Source: Alphaproteobacteria bacterium (lineage in GTDB: Bacteria > Pseudomonadota > Alphaproteobacteria > Sphingomonadales > Sphingomonadaceae). From it: DNA of 64,000 bases. Both the position numbers and the translations under genes were made by a program. Shown here in pieces: positions 58,926-64,000 of this stretch. The stretch is from NCBI GenBank assembly GCA_005883305.1, contig VBAC01000002.1, positions 178,527 to 242,526 on the forward strand, given 5' to 3'. The notes under the pieces were generated by a model, which worked only from the letters and a program-made list of their open reading frames with translations, had not been told where the DNA came from and made no database searches. The stretch's first letter is position 1, and every line of letters starts with the position of its first letter.

Positions 58926-59001
58926 GCCCAGGTAGCTCAGTTGGTAGAGCACGTGACTGAAAATCACGGTGTCGGTGGTTCGATCCCGCCCCTGGGCACC
59001 A
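58926..59001 (+). tRNA. tRNA-Phe (anticodon GAA)
   Basis: GCCCAGG-TA-GCTC-AGTTGGTA-GAGC-A-CGTGA-CTGAAAA-TCACG-GTGTC-GGTGG-TTCGATC-CCGCC-CCTGGGC-ACCA cloverleaf. Confidence 0.95.
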
Positions 59002-59404
59002 TCTTTCCGAGAATGGCGTTCGCATCGCCCGCGCGGTGGACCCGCGACGCGGCTTCGCTTCGCGGAGTCCACAGCATCAGATGCTCCGGCTCCTCGTGGA
59101 CGAGGTTGACGAGTTCGGCGCTCCAGTAGCTCGAGTCGAGCATCACGGCCCCGCCGAAGATCGGCTGAGCCGCCGCGCCCAGCCGCCCGGTGATCCGGGC
59201 CGACCAGCCGCATTCCTCCTCGATCTCGCGCCGAACCGCTTCTTCCGCAGTCTCGAACGGCTCGACCCGGCCGCCCGGCAGATAGAAGCGCCCGTTGCCG
59301 GCGCGGACGAGCAGCACACGGTCGTCGGCGTCGCTGACGACCGCATAGGCGCCCGTCTGCCGTCTCAGCGCCGTGAGCGAGCTATGGTCGAGTTCGAGTC
59401 TCAT
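58964..59404 (-). CDS. NUDIX hydrolase; the ORF's last ~13 codons run antisense into tRNA-Phe
   Basis: Nudix box GGRVEPFETAEEAVRREIEEECG. ATG 59404 is preferred. A TTG at 59491 would give a TTGA overlap with the tamB stop. The true C-terminus is uncertain. Confidence 0.72.
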   Translation of the reverse strand: MRLELDHSSLTALRRQTGAYAVVSDADDRVLLVRAGNGRFYLPGGRVEPFETAEEAVRREIEEECGWSARITGRLGAAAQPIFGGAVMLDSSYWSAELVNLVHEEPEHLMLWTPRSEAASRVHRAGDANAILGKMVPRGGIEPPTP

Positions 59405-59487
59405 GAGCCTCCACCGATCCCCGCCCACAAACGCCGTCACACGGGCGCGGTTCCGCCGGTGAAACGATTTGGACTGAATGGCTTGGC

Positions 59488-62400
59488 TCAATAATCCTTG
59501 TGGTAGCGGATGCTCGCATTGTTCGAGGCGTTGGTGCTGAACTGCGAGAGCAGGCTGAGCGAGCGCGAGAGCGAGATTTCGAGCTGGGTCGCGGTGAAGC
59601 CCTTGGCGTCGGTGATGATCTCCACATAGATGTCGTCGCTGAGGTACATGCCGGCGGCGACCGCCGTCCCGCGCCCGGTGGCGCTATCGGCCTCGATCAG
59701 CCGCAGCCGGTCGATCCCGGTCGCCGAGCGAAGCTGGCCGAGCGGGTTGAGGCCGCCGCTGCCGCCGCGCAAGGAGTTGAGCGAAGCGGCGAGCTGGACC
59801 GCCTGAAGCGCGGAAATCTGGGTGACCGAGCTGCCGAACAGGATCCGCGCCATCACCTCGTCCTGCGGAAGCGAGGGCGAGGAAGTGAAGGCGATCTGCG
59901 GGTTGTTGGCACGCCCGCTGACGTTGATCGTCACGTTCACATCCTCGATCTCGGCTGTCGCGGCGAGATCGATCTGCGGGTTGGGCGGCCGGCTGCCGAG
60001 GAAGGCGATATGGCCCTGGTCCACCCGGAACCTGCGTCCCGCGAGGCCGAGCGTGCCGCGGATCAGGTCGATATTGCCGACGAGCGCCGGCGTCGCCGTG
60101 GTGCCCTGGACGGCAAGCTCGGCACGCCATTCGGATTCCAGGCCCATCCCCGAGACGAACACGCGATTGTTCGCGTTGAGCCGGATGTCGAGCCGCCACA
60201 CGCTCGGCAGCGCGTCGTCCGCCTCCTGCTCGCCCGGCGGCCGGAGCGGCTCGCCGCGGCGGCGCACCCCGGCGAGTTGCGGCACCTCGGCCGCGGCCTG
60301 GCGGACGATCTGGTAGCGGGCCTCGCCGAGCTCGAGCGTTCCGCTGATCACCGCGCCCTGGGCATTGTTGACGATCGCCAGATTGCCGGTCGCCGTCGCG
60401 GCGAGATCGTCGCTTCGCGCGAGCCGGGCGTTCTGGAAGGCCAAGCGAAGGTCGATCGGATAGCCCGCGGCCGAAGCCAGGCCGATGCTCCCCCGCCCCT
60501 CGATCGTGCCGTCCCCGGCGCGGCCGGCGAGGCGGACGATCTCGAGCCGGGAGGCGTTGAAGCGCCCGTCGATTGCAAGGTTGGTGATCCGGGTGCCGTA
60601 AGTCTCGTTGTGGTAGGTCAGATCGTTGGCGCGGACCACGCCGGTCAGTTGCGGCTGCTGGACCCGGCCGGAGAAATCGGCGGCGATGGCGATCGGGCCG
60701 GTCAGCTGGTGGCCCGGCATGTTGACGAACGACATCGGTACGTCCGCGGGCCCGTTGTAGCGCACGCCGCCGGCGAGCGGCGCCGCGAGCAGCCGGGTCG
60801 TCCACGATCCGGCGGCCGGGCCGAGCGGCTGAAGCCGGGCCTGGAGGCGGCCGATCACGGCGCCGCCGCGGCGGATGACCGCGCCCATCTGCCCGCCCTC
60901 AGGACGCAGGCTTCCGGCCAGGAACAGGTCGACCGGGGCGGAGCGGACCGCGATTCCGGTGCGGGTGAAGTTGGCGACGTTGATCCGCGCCTCGGCGCGC
61001 GGGAAGCTGCCGTCCGCGGCTTGCGAGAAATCGAGGCTGCCGGTCGCCTGCCCGCCGAGGCCGAGGCCGGGCGAGAAGGCGTTGAGCATCGACAGATCGA
61101 AGCTGTCGAGCCGCGACTGGATGACGAGGCCGTCGCCCCACGTGCCGGCAAGGCGGATTCGTCCGCGGTCGAGCGCCACGGTGAGCGGCTGAAGCCGCCA
61201 TTCGCCGCCGGCGCGGCGGATCACCGCTGGCTGGGCGAAGCGGAAGCCGATGGCGTTGATCTGTCCCTGCGCGGCGGCGCGGATCATGTCCGGCGAGGCG
61301 ACCGCGTTGGCGGCGATTCGGAACGGCACGCCGCTGCGCCCTTCGGCGAAGAGCTGGACCGGCCCGCTGCCGCCGGTGAGATCGGCCCGGATCCGCGCCC
61401 GCTGGACGAACAGCGCGCCGCTCCTGAGGCCGGCAAGCTGCGCGTCGCCCCGGATGGTCGGCTGCGGCGAGAGGATGATCGTCGCGTTGACGATGGCCCG
61501 CTGGATCAGGATCGGCACCTGCCCCGGGGTGCGCGCGCCATTGGCCGTCGCGGCGATGTCTATCCGCTGGTAGCGCCCGGCGGCGCCAAGCCGGACGACT
61601 CCGTCCAGCCCCTGCCCGGCCATGGTCAGCTCGCCCGCGAAGGGCCCCGCAGCGGTGCGCACGAGGCGGCCGCGGAAGTCGATCCCGGCGAAGGTCAGCC
61701 GGTTGACGGCGATGGTCATCGGCCCGCGTCCGCTCAGCACGCGCACGTCGGCTGTGAACGGCCCGTAAGCCGAATCGCCGCGCGCGAGGATCGCCCAGCC
61801 TCCCGCGACCGCGCGGACATTGGCGGTGACGTGGGCAAGGCCGATGCCGAAGCCCGGATTGGCCGCCTCCAGCGCGACCTGCGGCGCCCGCGCCGACCCG
61901 GTGACGTGGACCGACAGCGCGCCATAAGCGTCGCTGACGCCGTTGAAGCGCAAGTCGAGGCTGCCGTCGCGCCGGTAGAGGCCGCCCCCCGAGGCGACGT
62001 GGAGGTCGGGCGATGCGAGACGCACATTCGCCACCCGCACCAGCCCGTTGGGCTCCATCGCCAAGCGCGCCGTGATCGTCGCGTCGCCGCCGAGCAGGCC
62101 GCGGATCGTGTCGTTGTCGATCCGCCGGCTGCGCGCCGCCACGCGCCCGGTCAGCCCGAAGCCGGCCGGTGAGCTGGTCATGTCGAGATCGGTGTTGACG
62201 TCGAACAGGCCGACGCCGTTGACCAGGTAATTGTTCACCCGCCCCTGAAGCGCGGCGAGGTAGCGGCCGGCGGCGAGATCGAAGGCGAGCGCGAGCCGGG
62301 CGTTCACCCGGTCCGAGCGAAGGATCATGTTGTCGGAGACGAGCCGGGTGCCGGCGATGCCGACCTGCCCGTCGAGGCGGATGTCGCGCAAGGTTCCGCC

Positions 62401-63681
62401 GGCGATCATGTCGAAGCCGAGGATCCGGCTCGCCCGGGCCGAGACGGGGATGACGATGTCGTCGGCGCGGACCCGGGCGCTGCCCACCGCGCGCAGGTTC
62501 TCGAGCGTCGTGCCGCTCATCGTCAGGCTGGCGGCCGTCAGCTCGTAGGCGACGCCCGGAGTCCGGAACGGGCCGTTGAGTACCATGGCGAGCCGGACGT
62601 CGCGGCCGCTGAGATCGGGAGCGATGGCCCCCGGCTCGGTCAGCCGCGTCGCCAGCCGCAGGTCCTGGAAGCGGTTGTGGCCGAGATCGACCAGCCCTTC
62701 GGCGGCGATCGCCAGCGAGCGGCTGTAGGCGCGCAGGCGGATGTCGGCGCGGCGCTGGTCGAGCGTGGCGACGAGGCTGGTCTGAACGAGCGGCCCCGCG
62801 AGGCGCTGGGCGGGGCCGGTGAGGATCAGGCCGGGCCGCATCGGGCCGGTGAGCGTGAAGCGTCCCCGGCGTCCGCCGATCGCCAAATCGGCGAGCCCCT
62901 GGCCGCCGAGCGCGGCCTGGGCCCGGCCCTGCCAGCTGTTCCAGTCGCCGCGTCCGGCGATCCGTGCGGCGACCGGCCTGTTCGTCCCCATCAGCCCGGC
63001 GATGAAGCCGTCCGCCGGGCCGCGCAGGGCCAGCGCGACGTCGAACCGGTTCGCCTCCGGCACCGCGTCGAGGTTGAGGATCGCGCGGTCGCCGCCGGCG
63101 AAGCCCGGCGCGGCGATGGTCCGGGCGTTGAGCCCGATCTGGGCGCGGCGCTCGGCGATCCTGATCCGGCTGTCGAGGCCGAGCAGGTGCCGCCGGCCGG
63201 TCACCGCCGGGTCGATCAGCAGCCGCCCGATCCGCAGGTGGCCGACGTCGATCCTGATGTCCGGCAGCAAGGGCGCGTTGGGGTCGCCAGCGCGAAGCGC
63301 CGGCAGACGGTTCATCCGCGCCGCCGGGATGTCGAGCTCTCGAAGGTCGATATGATTGCGCAGATAGGCGAACGGCCGGTACTCCACGTCGGCCACGGGC
63401 GCGCGGAAGAAGGTGCCCTGCGGGTCGGCGAGGCTGAGATCGACCAGCCGCATCCGGCTGAACACCGATCCCTCGATCCGGCCGACATGCACCTGGAGCC
63501 CGGAGACCGTCTCGAACGCGTTGATCTGGCGGACGATGAACCGCCTGCCCGGGTCGGTGTTGAGCCAGGCGAGGAAGGCGGCGAGCAGCAGCACGATTCC
63601 GAGCAGCGCGAAGGCCGCATATTTGGCCGCCCTGCGCCAGCCCCCGCGGCGGACGACCACCACCTGCTCCTCGCCGGCCAT
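59488..63681 (-). CDS. tamB: translocation and assembly module protein TamB (DUF490 C-terminus), 1397 aa
   Basis: N-terminal anchor AAFALLGIVLLLAAFLAWL. Very long beta-rich body. C-terminal DUF490-like ...SSPSLPQDEVMARILFG...LSDDIYVEI... The ATG immediately follows the tamA stop. Confidence 0.88.
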   Translation of the reverse strand: MAGEEQVVVVRRGGWRRAAKYAAFALLGIVLLLAAFLAWLNTDPGRRFIVRQINAFETVSGLQVHVGRIEGSVFSRMRLVDLSLADPQGTFFRAPVADVEYRPFAYLRNHIDLRELDIPAARMNRLPALRAGDPNAPLLPDIRIDVGHLRIGRLLIDPAVTGRRHLLGLDSRIRIAERRAQIGLNARTIAAPGFAGGDRAILNLDAVPEANRFDVALALRGPADGFIAGLMGTNRPVAARIAGRGDWNSWQGRAQAALGGQGLADLAIGGRRGRFTLTGPMRPGLILTGPAQRLAGPLVQTSLVATLDQRRADIRLRAYSRSLAIAAEGLVDLGHNRFQDLRLATRLTEPGAIAPDLSGRDVRLAMVLNGPFRTPGVAYELTAASLTMSGTTLENLRAVGSARVRADDIVIPVSARASRILGFDMIAGGTLRDIRLDGQVGIAGTRLVSDNMILRSDRVNARLALAFDLAAGRYLAALQGRVNNYLVNGVGLFDVNTDLDMTSSPAGFGLTGRVAARSRRIDNDTIRGLLGGDATITARLAMEPNGLVRVANVRLASPDLHVASGGGLYRRDGSLDLRFNGVSDAYGALSVHVTGSARAPQVALEAANPGFGIGLAHVTANVRAVAGGWAILARGDSAYGPFTADVRVLSGRGPMTIAVNRLTFAGIDFRGRLVRTAAGPFAGELTMAGQGLDGVVRLGAAGRYQRIDIAATANGARTPGQVPILIQRAIVNATIILSPQPTIRGDAQLAGLRSGALFVQRARIRADLTGGSGPVQLFAEGRSGVPFRIAANAVASPDMIRAAAQGQINAIGFRFAQPAVIRRAGGEWRLQPLTVALDRGRIRLAGTWGDGLVIQSRLDSFDLSMLNAFSPGLGLGGQATGSLDFSQAADGSFPRAEARINVANFTRTGIAVRSAPVDLFLAGSLRPEGGQMGAVIRRGGAVIGRLQARLQPLGPAAGSWTTRLLAAPLAGGVRYNGPADVPMSFVNMPGHQLTGPIAIAADFSGRVQQPQLTGVVRANDLTYHNETYGTRITNLAIDGRFNASRLEIVRLAGRAGDGTIEGRGSIGLASAAGYPIDLRLAFQNARLARSDDLAATATGNLAIVNNAQGAVISGTLELGEARYQIVRQAAAEVPQLAGVRRRGEPLRPPGEQEADDALPSVWRLDIRLNANNRVFVSGMGLESEWRAELAVQGTTATPALVGNIDLIRGTLGLAGRRFRVDQGHIAFLGSRPPNPQIDLAATAEIEDVNVTINVSGRANNPQIAFTSSPSLPQDEVMARILFGSSVTQISALQAVQLAASLNSLRGGSGGLNPLGQLRSATGIDRLRLIEADSATGRGTAVAAGMYLSDDIYVEIITDAKGFTATQLEISLSRSLSLLSQFSTNASNNASIRYHKDY

Positions 63682-64000
63682 CTAAAAGGCCTGCCCGATC
63701 GAGACGTAGACGGTGACCAGGGCCTCGCCCTCGCGCCGACCGATCGGGGTGGCGACGTCGAGCCGGATCGGCCCGAAATTGGTATAGAGCCGGGCGCCGA
63801 CTCCGACGCCGAAGCGCATGTCCGAAAAGTCCGGATATTCCCGCTCGGTCAGCGAGCCCGCGTCGACGAAGGCGACCACGCCGTAATTGCCGAAACGGTA
63901 GCGTCCCTCGGCGGCGAACTCGGCGAGGCCGCGGCCTCCCAGCGGCACCCGGATCGTCGCCGGATGGTCCTCGGGATGGTCGGGGTCGAAATCCGGATTG
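63682..64000 (-). CDS. tamA: TamA/BamA (Omp85) family outer-membrane protein, C-terminal fragment; 5' end outside the window
   Basis: C-terminal barrel strands ...VAFVDAGS...RFGVGVGARLYTNFGPIRLDVATPI...YVSIGQAF with terminal Phe. The reading frame appears to continue to the window edge. Confidence 0.8.
   Translation of the reverse strand, partial: NPDFDPDHPEDHPATIRVPLGGRGLAEFAAEGRYRFGNYGVVAFVDAGSLTEREYPDFSDMRFGVGVGARLYTNFGPIRLDVATPIGRREGEALVTVYVSIGQAF

Overview
High-GC (about two-thirds G+C by eye) alphaproteobacterial chromosomal segment. Gene content and repeat families look Sphingomonadaceae-like: GapR/DUF2312, DUF2093, cobT-cobS-J-domain-bolA synteny, many TonB-dependent-receptor-style features, and 'ccccggcgaaggccgggg'-type intergenic hairpin repeats. 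Most of the window is densely packed core housekeeping: pyk, gpmA, galE, purE/purK/purD, clpB, xseA, tadA, rpmJ, rpmB, infA, nusB, thiL, hppA, maf, yacG, tamA/tamB, tRNA-Pro and tRNA-Phe, plus several secreted peptidases (M14, M15 x2, M16, M23, S9). I saw no transposase, integrase, prophage, CRISPR array or recognisable defence or toxin-antitoxin genes. The one clearly accessory-looking block is a co-directional minus-strand cluster at 23929-34836. It holds a 1051-aa TonB-dependent receptor followed by five cytoplasmic enzymes that each carry an N-terminal TPR region: one Asp/Asn beta-hydroxylase, two PF13759-type 2OG-Fe(II) oxygenases and two PAPS-type sulfotransferases. The last four genes are joined by 4-nt start/stop overlaps, and the cluster is punctuated by an intrinsic terminator and a 32-bp-stem inverted repeat. 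It has no precursor, regulator or inner-membrane transporter gene. This is my best candidate for an uncharacterised hydroxylation/sulfation system. Secondary points are an orphan TadG/TadE/TadE trio next to tandem M15 peptidase paralogs, a GGDEF protein with a degenerate active site but an intact I-site, a run of four coupled small membrane-protein genes, a secreted Tyr/Asn-rich glycine-zipper protein, a hairpin that buries the thiL Shine-Dalgarno, and at least three families of structured intergenic repeats. Many long ORFs in the supplied track are antisense or off-frame artefacts of high GC. Several real genes needed internal or non-ATG starts, and three genes (rpmJ and two tiny membrane ORFs) are too short to appear in the track. 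All family assignments rest on motif recognition by eye. No database search was run.
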